Numbered from the stretch's first letter, positions 31,201-46,061 are shown. The stretch is DNA of 64,000 nt from an uncultured Aliarcobacter sp. (GCA_963664305.2 CAXXLV010000002.1:1056001-1120000), one strand, 5' to 3'. The notes: a model not told the origin generated them from the sequence alone. Numbers and translations are program-made.

Positions 31201-31821
31201 ATGTATAAAGAAAGTACAAATGTAGTTGTAAAACACTTAGTTAATAGATTAAGAGATGTGAGAACTACTTCAAACGAATTTAGATTAACAATTGAAGAAA
31301 TTTCAAGAATTTTAGTTTCAGAAGCATTAAATGATTTTCCAACTATTACACAAAATATAAACACTTGGCAAGGCCCTTTAGATGTTGAAGTAATTGAAGT
31401 TCAGAAACTTGTTCTTGTTCCTATTTTAAGAGCAGGTGAACCAATGCTTACAGGAATTTTAAGAACTTTACCTTATGCAAAAAGTGGTTTTTTAGCAATG
31501 AAAAGAGATGAAGAAACATCATTAAGTAAACTTTTTTATGAAAATATTCCTAATTTAGAAAATAAAACGGTTATTTTACTTGACCCAATGGTTGCAACTG
31601 GTGGTTCATTGATTGATGGTATTGAATATTTAAAAACAAAAAAAGCAAAAAAAATCATCTGTTTAAATATTATTGGTTCACCATATGGAGTAAAAAAAGT
31701 GACAGAAGCTCATCCTGATATTGATATGTTTATAGCTCAAATTGATGAAAGATTAGATGAAAATAACTATATAAGACCTGGTCTTGGAGATGCTGGAGAT
31801 AGAGCATTTAATACGCACTAA
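31201..31821 (+). CDS. upp: Uracil phosphoribosyltransferase
   Basis: VPILRAG, LDPMVATGGS, YIRPGLGDAGDR. Confidence 0.97.
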   Translation: MYKESTNVVVKHLVNRLRDVRTTSNEFRLTIEEISRILVSEALNDFPTITQNINTWQGPLDVEVIEVQKLVLVPILRAGEPMLTGILRTLPYAKSGFLAMKRDEETSLSKLFYENIPNLENKTVILLDPMVATGGSLIDGIEYLKTKKAKKIICLNIIGSPYGVKKVTEAHPDIDMFIAQIDERLDENNYIRPGLGDAGDRAFNTH

Positions 31822-31847
31822 AGATTAGTTTAAAACTAATCTTTTTT
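31820..31847. terminator. Intrinsic terminator after upp (convergent gene pair)
   Basis: AAAGATTAGTTT-A-AAACTAATCTTT followed by T-run. Confidence 0.65.
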
Positions 31848-32607
31848 AAAATTCAAAAGGATTATTATATTTATATATAAATCCTTCTTTTTCAATTTTT
31901 TCTCCATTTATTAATCTATTTAAAAAGTTTTCACTTTCTAAAAAAATAGGTTTTTCAAAATTATACTTTTTTGAGTTAAAACTATATATTTCCTCTTTTG
32001 TTGGATGATTTTTTGAACATAAATTAAAAATTCCACAAATATTTTTATCAATTACAAATTTAGTTGCATTTATAACATCATTTCTGTGAACAAAATTTAT
32101 TGGTGTTTTTGGAAATTCTATAACTTTATTTGCACTTCTTTTTCCAAAATACCTATTTCCACCAACAAGTCCAGCAACTCTAAAAATCAAATCACTTTTA
32201 TCTTTTATCAAATTTTCTGCATCAAATACAATCTTTGAACTAGGTTCTGTTATTTCAAATTCTTCATCAAAATTAGCTTCAATATTTGGATAAATTGATG
32301 TTGAACTAATAAATATGATTTTTTCTATATTTTGTATTTTTTCATGAGAATAAATTTTGTTCAAAAAAGATAGATAATCTTCAAATTTTGAAGGAGGAAA
32401 ATTTATAAATAAATAGTTAGTTTCTAATAATTCATCAAGATTACTAAGATTTTCTTCATTTAAAATATATGAAAAAAGACCTTCCTCTTCATACATTTTT
32501 TGTTTTTCTTCACTTCTAGAACTTACTTTTATTTTAAAATTATTTTTTAAAACAATACCTAGTTCAAATCCTAACCAACCTGCCCCTAAAATAGTTAAAG
32601 TTTTCAT
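31846..32607 (-). CDS. Atypical SDR / NAD(P)-binding epimerase family (YeeZ-like)
   Basis: ILGAGWLG, FISSTSIY, R.AGL.G..R, NFVHRND. Confidence 0.82.
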   Translation of the reverse strand: MKTLTILGAGWLGFELGIVLKNNFKIKVSSRSEEKQKMYEEEGLFSYILNEENLSNLDELLETNYLFINFPPSKFEDYLSFLNKIYSHEKIQNIEKIIFISSTSIYPNIEANFDEEFEITEPSSKIVFDAENLIKDKSDLIFRVAGLVGGNRYFGKRSANKVIEFPKTPINFVHRNDVINATKFVIDKNICGIFNLCSKNHPTKEEIYSFNSKKYNFEKPIFLESENFLNRLINGEKIEKEGFIYKYNNPFEF

Positions 32608-32994
32608 TTAATCTTTTAAAATTCCATAACAAAGCGTTAACCAAGCAATAATTAGTAAAGTTCCACCAATAGGTGTAATTGCACCAAGTATAGGCATATT
32701 TAAAATTGTTAAAAGATATAAAGAAAATGAAAAAATAATCATTCCAATTAATATAAGCCATAAAGCAACATAAATCTTTTTAGATTCAGGTTTTAATGAA
32801 TAAATAAATATTGCAGCAAATAATCCTAAAGTATTGTAAAATTGATACTCTATTCCTGTATGATAAATATTCATCATATGTTCATCTAAAATTGATTTTA
32901 AACCATGAGCACCAAAAGCTCCCAAAGCTATTCCTAAAGCCATCATAAAAGAGGCAATTGCTAAAAATTTTTTTATTCTATTATTAAGTACCAT
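32608..32994 (-). CDS. DUF423 (YgdD/TMEM256) membrane protein
   Basis: LGAFGAHGL, YQFY, FSFSLY, GAITPIGG...IIAW. Confidence 0.9.
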   Translation of the reverse strand: MVLNNRIKKFLAIASFMMALGIALGAFGAHGLKSILDEHMMNIYHTGIEYQFYNTLGLFAAIFIYSLKPESKKIYVALWLILIGMIIFSFSLYLLTILNMPILGAITPIGGTLLIIAWLTLCYGILKD

Positions 32995-33009
32995 TTTTTA
33001 TCCATATAT

Positions 33010-33288
33010 TTATTTTTTTGTTTTTTCTTTTATTGATTTCTTTTTTGAAAAACCTGCACCTTTTTTCTCTTTTTTTTCTAATTCTAAATCATTTATCAAT
33101 GTTTTAAAATCTATTTCTTCTTTATTCATTTTTGCAAAACATGTTGCAATAACTGCAATTGTATTTGGTACACGCTTTTTCTTTTTATATGCTTGAATAT
33201 TTTTTTCACTAACTTTAATAAGTTCTGTAAACTTTGGAATACTCATCTCAGCATCTAAAAGTAATTTTTTAAAATCAATAAAAGTCAT
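33010..33288 (-). CDS. Small basic protein with XRE-like helix-turn-helix
   Basis: FKKLL..AEMS...F.ELI.VS.KNI..YK....VP pattern; AGGA RBS; Lys-rich tail. Confidence 0.6.
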   Translation of the reverse strand: MTFIDFKKLLLDAEMSIPKFTELIKVSEKNIQAYKKKKRVPNTIAVIATCFAKMNKEEIDFKTLINDLELEKKEKKGAGFSKKKSIKEKTKK

Positions 33289-33300
33289 AATAATTCCTAT

Positions 33301-33747
33301 TTATTTAACATCAACTTCCCAAAAGAAATCAATCCATTCATTTGCTTCTCTTACACAAAAATCAGGTTGTAAAACTGCAGTTTTTTTATAAAACAATGTT
33401 GCTAATTTAAATTCAACATTTGGAAACTTTTCTTTTAAAACTTTTAAAATCTCTCTCATAGTTTCACCCGAATCAACAATATCATCAACAATTAAAACTC
33501 TTTTTGCATGAGAAACATCTGGAATATTAAAAATATTAAATGTATCTAGTTTTAACTCACCTTCATAATGAATAGAGTTTAATGTATATAAATTTCTCAT
33601 GTCAAGTGCTTGAGCCATCAAATGTGAAAGTGTTAAACCACCTCGTGCTACTGCAAGTAAAATTTCTGGTTCATAATCTCTACACTTATCAACTAAAATT
33701 TGTGTATCTTTTTTAAATAACTCATAACTATAATATAATTTTTCCAA
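33301..33747 (-). CDS. Purine phosphoribosyltransferase (Gpt-like)
   Basis: AVARGGL, PRPP motif VLIVDDIVDSGET, WIDFFWE; adjacent to purine permease. Confidence 0.82.
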   Translation of the reverse strand: MEKLYYSYELFKKDTQILVDKCRDYEPEILLAVARGGLTLSHLMAQALDMRNLYTLNSIHYEGELKLDTFNIFNIPDVSHAKRVLIVDDIVDSGETMREILKVLKEKFPNVEFKLATLFYKKTAVLQPDFCVREANEWIDFFWEVDVK

Positions 33748-33760
33748 ATAAAAATCCTTT

Positions 33761-35053
33761 TTAAAAAATAAATGCTAATGCACTAATAAATGTAATAACT
33801 ATAATACCAATATTCAAATCTTTATACTCTTTTTTTACAAGCTTAATAATTGTATAAATCAAAAATCCAGCTGCAATTCCATTTGTAATTGAAAATGTTA
33901 AAGGCATTAAAATAACTATTAAAAATGCTGCTGCACTTGTTGCTAAATCTGTCTCTTCAAAATTTATTTTCCCAAGTTCAGTAAACATTAAAACACCAAC
34001 CACAACTAATACAGGATAAATTGCATTTGAAGGAATTGATTTAAATAAAGGTAACATAAAAAGTGTAGTTACAAATAATAATGCAGTAAAAACTGCTGTT
34101 AATCCTGTCCTTCCACCCTCTTCAACTCCACTTGCACTTTCAATAAATGCAGTTGTTGTAGAAACACCAAGTAAACTTCCTCCAACTGTTGCAATTGCAT
34201 CAGCTTCAAGTGTTTTTTGTAATGATTTATCATTTTTATTATTTTCTTGAAAAAGATTTGCTCTTGTTCCAACGCCAGTTAAAGTTCCTAATGTATCAAA
34301 CATATCAGTAATTAAAAATGTAATAATAACAGGTAATAATGATAAAGATAAAGCACTTAAAATATCTAATTTAAGAAAAATTGGCGAAATTGAAGAAGGA
34401 GCTGAGAAAAAATCTGTAGGTGTAGTGTTAAGTGAAAAACTCCAAGCTACAATAGATGTAATAGCAATAGATAAAATAAATGCTCCTCTTAGTTTATATG
34501 CATAAAAACTAAAAGATAAAATTAAACCTAAAACACCTAATAAAACATTTGAATTTGAAAAATCTCCAAGAGTAACTAATGTTGCATCATTTGAAACAAT
34601 CATTCCCATTTGTTTCAAACCAATAAAAGCAATAAATGAACCAATACCAGCACTAATTGCACGTCTAAGACTCATAGGAATTGAAGTCATAATCCAAACT
34701 CTAAAATTAGTTAAAGATAATAATACAAATAAAATACCAGATAAAAAAACAATACCTAAAGCAGTTTCCCAAGGTATTTTCATACCAAGAACTAAACCAT
34801 AAGAAAAATAGGCATTTAAGCCCATACCAACACTCATGGCAATTGGTGTATTTGACCATAAAGCTGAAAATAAAGTTGCAAGTATTGTTATCAAAGCTGT
34901 CGCAGTTATAACAGCATCTATTGGAAGACCAGCATCTGATAAAATAAATCCATTAACAGGTACAATATATAACATTGTTAAAAATGTTGTAAATCCTGCA
35001 TAGAATTCTTTAGAAATAGAAGTATTATGTTCTTTTAATTTAAAAAAATCCAT
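33761..35053 (-). CDS. NCS2/AzgA family purine permease
   Basis: AG.TTFLTM.YI..VN, GMGLNAYF, FDTLGTL, FIESASGVEEGGRTGLTA, MPLTFSI..G. Confidence 0.92.
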   Translation of the reverse strand: MDFFKLKEHNTSISKEFYAGFTTFLTMLYIVPVNGFILSDAGLPIDAVITATALITILATLFSALWSNTPIAMSVGMGLNAYFSYGLVLGMKIPWETALGIVFLSGILFVLLSLTNFRVWIMTSIPMSLRRAISAGIGSFIAFIGLKQMGMIVSNDATLVTLGDFSNSNVLLGVLGLILSFSFYAYKLRGAFILSIAITSIVAWSFSLNTTPTDFFSAPSSISPIFLKLDILSALSLSLLPVIITFLITDMFDTLGTLTGVGTRANLFQENNKNDKSLQKTLEADAIATVGGSLLGVSTTTAFIESASGVEEGGRTGLTAVFTALLFVTTLFMLPLFKSIPSNAIYPVLVVVGVLMFTELGKINFEETDLATSAAAFLIVILMPLTFSITNGIAAGFLIYTIIKLVKKEYKDLNIGIIVITFISALAFIF

Positions 35054-35116
35054 AAAAATCCTTTTAATAAAATTTTTACATAAAAATATTTTGAAAATAT
35101 ATTTTGAAAAGTAAAA

Positions 35117-35192
35117 TGGTGCTCACAATCGGAGTTGAACCGATAACCTCTTCCTTACCATGGAATTGCTCTACCATTAGAGCTATGTAAGC
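35117..35192 (-). tRNA. tRNA-Thr(GGT), structurally atypical
   Basis: GCTTACA/TGTGAGC acceptor stem, GCTC/GAGC D-stem, anticodon loop ATGGTAA, ATCGG-TTCAACT-CCGAT T-arm, encoded CCA. Confidence 0.9.
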
Positions 35193-35204
35193 AAAAAAGA
35201 AAGA

Positions 35205-35213
35205 ATAATATCA
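35205..35213 (-). promoter_or_regulatory. Putative extended -10 promoter of tRNA-Thr
   Basis: TG-A-TATTAT 12 nt upstream of the tRNA 5' end, downstream of the rrn terminator. Confidence 0.5.
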
Positions 35214-35278
35214 AAAAAAAGTAAAAATGGAACTAAAGAGCAAAAGTAAATAATAATCAGGAATAAAAAAAGCGGGGT

Positions 35279-35334
35279 AAAAAAAAAGCTTCTGCTAAAA
35301 AGAACTTAAAGAAGTTCAAATTAGCAAAAGCTTT
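35279..35334 (-). terminator. rRNA operon terminator
   Basis: Long hairpin AAAGCTTTTGCTAA...TTAGCAGAAGCTTT followed by a T-run on the minus strand right after 5S. Confidence 0.75.
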
Positions 35335-35348
35335 GAAAAAAACTCAAG

Positions 35349-35465
35349 AGCTGGCAGCGGCCTACGTTTCCACCAGGGGACCCGGCAGTATTATCGGCGA
35401 TGAAGTGCTTGACTTCCAGGTTCGGAATGGGACTGGGTATTTCCACTTCTCTATAGCCACCAGCA
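35349..35465 (-). rRNA. rrf: 5S rRNA
   Basis: TGCTGGTGGCTATAG...CCCATTCCGAAC...GCCGATAATACTGC...GCTGCCAGC; ends approximate. Confidence 0.97.
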
Positions 35466-35532
35466 AAGTTGAGTAAAGAAGATATTATAAAAAATATACT
35501 CTTCACTCAACTCGTTTAGGAGTTAAGAAAAA

Positions 35533-38720
<3,188 letters not shown>

Positions 38721-38820
38721 ATTTTTAAATATCGTTTTGATTTTGAAAATCAAATATAAATTCAATCTCTTATTGAACTTATATTTAACTTTTAAATCAG
38801 ATGAACTTATTAGTTATAGG

Positions 38821-38896
38821 TGGTGGAGAATAGCGGGATCGAACCGCTGACCTCCTGCGTGCAAAGCAGGCGCTCTCCCAGCTGAGCTAATTCCCC
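38821..38896 (-). tRNA. tRNA-Ala(TGC)
   Basis: GGGGAATTAGCTCAGCTGGGAGAGCGCCTGCTTTGCACGCAGG...CCA. Confidence 0.98.
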
Positions 38897-38927
38897 AACC
38901 TAAATTAATCTTTACTAGATTATTTAA

Positions 38928-39004
38928 TGGTGGGCCTATCAGGACTTGAACCTGAGACCTCACGATTATCAGTCGAGCGCTCTAGCCAGCTGAGCTATAG
39001 GCCC
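38928..39004 (-). tRNA. tRNA-Ile(GAT)
   Basis: GGGCCTATAGCTCAGCTGGCTAGAGCGCTCGACTGATAATCG...CCA. Confidence 0.98.
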
Positions 39005-39022
39005 CTTTACTACCTATTTAAA

Positions 39023-40788
<1,766 letters not shown>

Positions 40789-40807
40789 CTTTACAAACTT
40801 TCATTCA

Positions 40808-40820
40808 TTTTTAAAGATCA
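40808..40820 (-). promoter_or_regulatory. boxA-like antitermination element in the rrn leader
   Basis: TGATCTTTAAAAA resembles the TGCTCTTTAACA consensus and lies between promoter and 16S stem. Confidence 0.5.
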
Positions 40821-40889
40821 TTCCAGACTCGATTGAATCGTTTCTCTTCAAGCTTTTCGTTTGAAGCGTTCCAGTCAAATTGGACGGGA

Positions 40890-40918
40890 ATTATAATAGA
40901 TTTTTATCTACTTGTCAA
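40890..40918 (-). promoter_or_regulatory. sigma70 promoter of the rRNA operon
   Basis: Perfect TTGACA-N17-TATAAT followed by GC-rich TCCCGTCC discriminator. Confidence 0.9.
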
Positions 40919-41165
40919 TACCCTAACGCTGAAATGTAGCTTAAATTTTGAAATTTCTACTCTTTTTTCTCTTTTTTTGTTTTTTGCTAGCTTTTTATTG
41001 GGAATATAATCTTTATTTACATTTTTTCTTATATTTTTAAAATATTCACCTTTATTCAACAATTATTTGATAAAATTTTCACCTATGTTTTTATAATACA
41101 GGGAAATTAAAAATAACAGTAGAATAATTTCATATATTTATTCTATTATAGGAGATAAACATATA

Positions 41166-42542
41166 ATGAGCGCATCTATTTTTAGAGAATACGATATTAG
41201 AGGTATATTCGAAAAAGAATTAAATGAAGATGTTGTAAAAAAAATTGGTTTTTATTTAGCTAAAGCTTTACAAAAAAAAGTTCCATCTGCACAATATATA
41301 GCAGTTGGTTATGACGCAAGACTTCATTCACCTACTTTAAAAAATTGGCTTACTTCAGGAATAAAAAAAGCTGGTTTAGAAGTTCTTGATATGGGATTAG
41401 TACCAACACCTGCAAACTACTTTGCAAACTTCACTGACTTTGATGGTTTAAAATGTGATGGTTCTGTAATGATTACTGGTTCACATAATCCACCAGAATA
41501 TAATGGATTTAAAATTACTTTAGATAAAGATCCTTTCTTTGGAGAAGATATTTATGCTTTAGGAAGAGAAATACTTGCAGACAATTCTTCAATAGAAGAT
41601 AATGAAACTACAATTTCTATTGATTCTAAAAATAGATATATAGATTATATAGTTAAAAACTTTTCTCATTTAAAACTTGAAAATAAAAAATTTGTTTTTG
41701 ATTGTGGAAATGGTGTTGCAGGAGTTGTATTAAGAGAAATTCTTGATAAATTAAATATCAAATACAAAATTCTTTTTGAAGAACCAGATGGAAATTTCCC
41801 AAATCATCATCCAGACCCAAGTGATGAGCATACATTAGAAGATATTAAAAAAGAGTTATCAACTGGTGAATTTGATTTTGGTTTCGCTTACGATGGTGAT
41901 GCAGATAGAATAGCCCTACTTTCTCCAAAATATAACTTTAAAGGAGATATCTTAGCTATATTCTTCTCTAAATTTATTAAAAATCCAACAGTTATTGGTG
42001 AAGTAAAATGTACTCAAGTTATGTATGATACCATTAATTCTTATGGAAAAGCTATCATGTATAAAACAGGTCACTCTAATCTAAAAGTTAAAATAAAAGA
42101 AACAAATGCAGATTTTGCTGCTGAAGTTTCTGGACATTTATTCTTTAATGATAGATATTTTGGATATGACGATGCAATTTATGCAACATTTAGAGCATTA
42201 GAATTAATTGACCAAAATTTTGATTTTGATAAAGAGTATGAAGCTCTACCAAAAGTTTATTCAACTCCTGAAATTAATATTACTGTTACAGAAGAGACAA
42301 AATTTAAAATCATTGATGATTTAAAAAATGCTTTAGAAAATCCACCTGCATATTTCCCAAAAATCAAAGATATAATCACTGTTGATGGGATAAGAGTTAT
42401 ATTTGAAAAAGGTTGGGGATTAGTGCGAGCAAGTAACACTACACCAAAATTAGTAACTAGATTTGAAGCAGATACACAAGAAAATGCTAAAATATATGAA
42501 AATGTTTTAATTAAACTATTTGAAGAAATAAAAGGAAAATAA
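41166..42542 (+). CDS. Phosphomannomutase/phosphoglucomutase (AlgC-type)
   Basis: FREYDIRG, phosphoserine loop TGSHNP, DGDADR, RASNT. Confidence 0.95.
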   Translation: MSASIFREYDIRGIFEKELNEDVVKKIGFYLAKALQKKVPSAQYIAVGYDARLHSPTLKNWLTSGIKKAGLEVLDMGLVPTPANYFANFTDFDGLKCDGSVMITGSHNPPEYNGFKITLDKDPFFGEDIYALGREILADNSSIEDNETTISIDSKNRYIDYIVKNFSHLKLENKKFVFDCGNGVAGVVLREILDKLNIKYKILFEEPDGNFPNHHPDPSDEHTLEDIKKELSTGEFDFGFAYDGDADRIALLSPKYNFKGDILAIFFSKFIKNPTVIGEVKCTQVMYDTINSYGKAIMYKTGHSNLKVKIKETNADFAAEVSGHLFFNDRYFGYDDAIYATFRALELIDQNFDFDKEYEALPKVYSTPEINITVTEETKFKIIDDLKNALENPPAYFPKIKDIITVDGIRVIFEKGWGLVRASNTTPKLVTRFEADTQENAKIYENVLIKLFEEIKGK

Positions 42543-42544
42543 AA

Positions 42545-43417
42545 ATGAGTAAAGAAAATCCAATCAAAAAATGTCTATTCCCTGCTGCTGGATATGGAAC
42601 AAGATTTTTACCTGCAACAAAAGCAACACCGAAAGAGATGTTACCAGTTTTAACTAAACCACTTATTCAATATGGAGTAGAAGAAGCACTTGCTGCTGGT
42701 ATGGATACAATGGCTGTTGTAACAGGTAGAGGTAAAAGAGCAATTGAAGATCATTTTGATATTTCTTATGAATTAGAACACCAAATCAAAGGTACAAGTA
42801 AAGAACATTATTTAACAGAAATTAGATCTGTTATTACTAAATGTACTTTCTCTTATACTAGACAAATTGAGATGAAAGGTTTAGGTCATGCTATTTTATG
42901 TGGAGAAACTTTAATTGGTGACCAACCTTTTGCAGTTTTACTTGCAGATGATTTATGTGATGCACCAAATAAAGGTGTTTTAGCACAAATGGTTGATTTA
43001 TACAAAAAATATCACTGTTCTATTGTAGCTATAGAAGAAGTTCCAAAAGAAGAAACAAATAAATATGGTGTTATTGCTGGAAACGAAATAGAACCAGGAA
43101 TTTTTATGGTTAAAGATATGGTTGAAAAACCAGAACCAGAAGTTGCTCCTTCAAATCTTGCAATTATTGGAAGATATATTTTAACTCCAGATATTTTCAA
43201 TATCATTAGAGAAACAAAGCCAGGTAAAGGTGGAGAAATCCAAATTACTGATGCTTTATTAACTCAAGCAAAAAAAGGTATGGTTTTAGCTTTCAAATTT
43301 GAAGGACAAAGATTCGACTGTGGAAGTATTGATGGATTTGTGAAAGCAACAAACTATTTTTACGATAAAGAAACAAAAAAAGAAGCAGCAGCAAAAAAAG
43401 AGACTGGAGCAAAATAA
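42545..43417 (+). CDS. galU: UTP--glucose-1-phosphate uridylyltransferase
   Basis: PAAGYGTRFLPATKA.PKEMLP, GLGHA, VEKP, EIQITDA. Confidence 0.97.
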   Translation: MSKENPIKKCLFPAAGYGTRFLPATKATPKEMLPVLTKPLIQYGVEEALAAGMDTMAVVTGRGKRAIEDHFDISYELEHQIKGTSKEHYLTEIRSVITKCTFSYTRQIEMKGLGHAILCGETLIGDQPFAVLLADDLCDAPNKGVLAQMVDLYKKYHCSIVAIEEVPKEETNKYGVIAGNEIEPGIFMVKDMVEKPEPEVAPSNLAIIGRYILTPDIFNIIRETKPGKGGEIQITDALLTQAKKGMVLAFKFEGQRFDCGSIDGFVKATNYFYDKETKKEAAAKKETGAK

Positions 43418-44650
43418 GTGAAAAATAACCTATATTATCCGCAAGTATCATTAAGTGATGAAGAAATCTTTGCAGAAATAAAAAAAGAAAGAGAGCATAT
43501 AGGTTATTACTCTCTTCCTTATGAAGATACGACTTTTTTAAAAGCTAAATTAGATAGTTTAAATTTTACGCAAAAACAAATAGCTATCATTGGAATTGGT
43601 GGAAGTACTTTAGGAACTTATGCAATTTATAACTTTATGAAGTATAACAAGCAATATAATAAGACTCTAAAAAAAGAGCTTTTTTTCTTTGAAAGTACAG
43701 ATCCAGTTAACTTAAATGGGACATTAAGCCAAATTAATTTAGAAGATACATTATTTATAGTAATTTCAAAATCAGGAACTACAATAGAGACTATTTCTAT
43801 TTTTAAATATTTAATGTCAATTACGAAAATTGATAAATCAAACTTATTAATAATTACAGAAGATGATAGTAAGTTAAATACTTTTGCAAAAGCAAATGAT
43901 ATTAACTCTTTTGATATTCCTAAAAATGTTGGTGGAAGATTTTCTGTATTATCTAATGTTGGATTAGTTCCTTTATATCTAGCGGGATTTAATATTGATG
44001 AATTATTAAAAGGTGCAAAAAAAATATCAACATCATTTTTTGAGCAAAATGATTTATATGACCATTTAATCAAAAAAGCAAGAACATATTATGAATTCAA
44101 AGATGTTTACAATGTAAATGCAATTTTTTCATATTCTCAATTATTAGAAGGATTTAATAAATGGTATATCCAACTTTGGGGAGAAAGTCTTGGAAAAATT
44201 GATGTAAATCATACAAACCAAGGTTTAACTCCAATTGGACTTTTAGGACCAGTGGACCAACACTCTTTCTTACAATTAATTGTTGAAGGGAAAAGAGATA
44301 AAACAGTAACATTTATAAAAATCAAAGATTTTAAAGATAATACAAAAATAGCTCCAACAACACTTCAAGGGTTAGAAGATTTAGATTATATTAATAATCT
44401 TGATTTTAAAGAACTTATCAATCTTCAAGCAGATGCTACAATTGCTTCAGTTAAAGAGTATAAAAAAGATATTCCAATAGATTTAATTGAAATTGAAGAG
44501 ATTAGTGAATATGAAATTGGAAAACTATTATTCTATTATGAATTATTAACTTCAATTGTTGGAAAATTCTTAAGAATAAATACTTACGACCAACCAGGTG
44601 TTGAAGGTGGTAAAATCATCTTAAAAGAGATGTTAAAAAATAAAAATTAG
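43418..44650 (+). CDS. pgi: Glucose-6-phosphate isomerase (short epsilonproteobacterial type)
   Basis: IGIGGS.LG, SKSGTT.ET, VGGRFSVLS, QLWGESLGK, DQHS, DQPGVE.GK. Confidence 0.95.
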   Translation: MKNNLYYPQVSLSDEEIFAEIKKEREHIGYYSLPYEDTTFLKAKLDSLNFTQKQIAIIGIGGSTLGTYAIYNFMKYNKQYNKTLKKELFFFESTDPVNLNGTLSQINLEDTLFIVISKSGTTIETISIFKYLMSITKIDKSNLLIITEDDSKLNTFAKANDINSFDIPKNVGGRFSVLSNVGLVPLYLAGFNIDELLKGAKKISTSFFEQNDLYDHLIKKARTYYEFKDVYNVNAIFSYSQLLEGFNKWYIQLWGESLGKIDVNHTNQGLTPIGLLGPVDQHSFLQLIVEGKRDKTVTFIKIKDFKDNTKIAPTTLQGLEDLDYINNLDFKELINLQADATIASVKEYKKDIPIDLIEIEEISEYEIGKLLFYYELLTSIVGKFLRINTYDQPGVEGGKIILKEMLKNKN

Positions 44651-44658
44651 GAAAATAA

Positions 44659-45147
44659 ATGGCAATTTTTGGCAATATTGAAACTGTAAAAGGACAAATA
44701 AATAATCCAAAATTTGATAAAGCTTTTTTATATATTGAAAAATTGCAAGATATTAATTCAAAAGAGTATCAAAGTTTAATAAATATTGAACTTGATAACT
44801 GTAACAAAATAGTTCTTGAAGAGAACTGTTTTGTTCTTGAACAAGCTTATATCTCAAAAGACAAAAAAGATTGTTTTTTTGAATCTCACAAAAAATACAT
44901 AGATATTCAATATATTTTTGATGGAACTGAAATAATGGAAGTTGAAAATATCAATAATCTTCAAATAACAAAAGAGTATGACGAAACTTTAGATTATGCA
45001 AAATATGCCCAATCACCTAACTCTTCATCTTTAATTATTAGAAAAAATGAACTAGCAATTTTTTATCCAAATGATGCACATATGCCTTGTATTAAAGTAG
45101 ATAAAAATGAAAAAATTATAAAAGCTGTTTTTAAAATAGCAGTATAA
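44659..45147 (+). CDS. YhcH/YjgK/YiaL (NanQ-like) family protein
   Basis: FESHKKYIDIQY, IFYPNDAHMP, K.VFKI. Confidence 0.88.
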   Translation: MAIFGNIETVKGQINNPKFDKAFLYIEKLQDINSKEYQSLINIELDNCNKIVLEENCFVLEQAYISKDKKDCFFESHKKYIDIQYIFDGTEIMEVENINNLQITKEYDETLDYAKYAQSPNSSSLIIRKNELAIFYPNDAHMPCIKVDKNEKIIKAVFKIAV

Positions 45148-45149
45148 TT

Positions 45150-46061
45150 ATGGAATATTTATTTTCTAGTTTAGTTCCAGTTTTTGGACTAATTTTAATA
45201 GGATATTTTTTTAAAAGAATTAGTTTTCCTTCTCATGAATTTTGGCCAATGGCGGATAAACTTACATATTTTGTATTAATGCCTGCACTTTTGATATTTA
45301 AACTATCAAATGCTAAATTTGATTCAAATAGTATAAATTTTGTTTTAGTTTCTCTTATAGCCATATTTTTAACAATGATTGTTTTAATAATCTTTAACAA
45401 AATAAGCCCGACAAAAAATAGTTCTTTTACTTCAATAATTCAAGGTGGAATAAGATTTAATACTTATGTATTCTTAGCTTTAAGTGGTTCTATTTTTGGG
45501 GATGAAGGTTTAGTTTTAAGTGCAATTATTTTAACTTTTGCAATTCCATTTATAAATATTTTATGTGTAACTATCTTTGCTCTTTATTCAGATAATAATA
45601 AACTAGATTTTATATATTTAGTAAAATCTATAATAAAAAATCCTTTAATTATTGGATGTGCAATTGGTGGAGCTATAAATTTTTTAGCAATTCCAGTTCC
45701 AGTTAGTATAGAAAATTTACTTGAGATTTTAAGTAAAGCTGCTCTTCCACTTGGACTTTTATCTATTGGTTATGCATTAGTATTAAAAGAGTTAAATAGT
45801 GCAAAAAAAGATTTAATTATTAGCTGTATAGGTAAGTTTATAATCTTACCTATATTTATTTATAGCTTTGGAATGATGTTTGGATTAAATGAAATAATGA
45901 TTTCAATTTTAGTTTTATTCTCTGTTTTACCAACAGCTCCTAGTTCATTTATACTTGCAAGGCAACTTGGTGGAGATATAACTCTAATGACGAGTATCAT
46001 AACAGTGCAAACTTTAGCTTCTGCACTTTTTATAATACTATTCTTAAAACTATTCGTTTAA
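45150..46061 (+). CDS. AEC family transporter
   Basis: PVFGLILIGY, MPALLIF, RFN, NPLII, PTAPSSFILARQLGGD. Confidence 0.88.
   Translation: MEYLFSSLVPVFGLILIGYFFKRISFPSHEFWPMADKLTYFVLMPALLIFKLSNAKFDSNSINFVLVSLIAIFLTMIVLIIFNKISPTKNSSFTSIIQGGIRFNTYVFLALSGSIFGDEGLVLSAIILTFAIPFINILCVTIFALYSDNNKLDFIYLVKSIIKNPLIIGCAIGGAINFLAIPVPVSIENLLEILSKAALPLGLLSIGYALVLKELNSAKKDLIISCIGKFIILPIFIYSFGMMFGLNEIMISILVLFSVLPTAPSSFILARQLGGDITLMTSIITVQTLASALFIILFLKLFV

Noticed and set aside
32906..32914. TGAGCACCA matching the tRNA-Thr 3' end, as a possible att site
   Set aside because: Only 9 bp, inverted relative to the tRNA, inside a coding GAH motif, and there is no integrase in the window
35086..35110. Tandem ATATTTTGAAAA x2 between tRNA-Thr and the purine permease
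   Set aside because: Two short low-complexity copies in very AT-rich DNA; no riboswitch-like structure
43418..44650. Short Pgi (410 aa) as a possible truncation
   Set aside because: All catalytic motifs present; about 400-aa Pgi is normal in Campylobacterota
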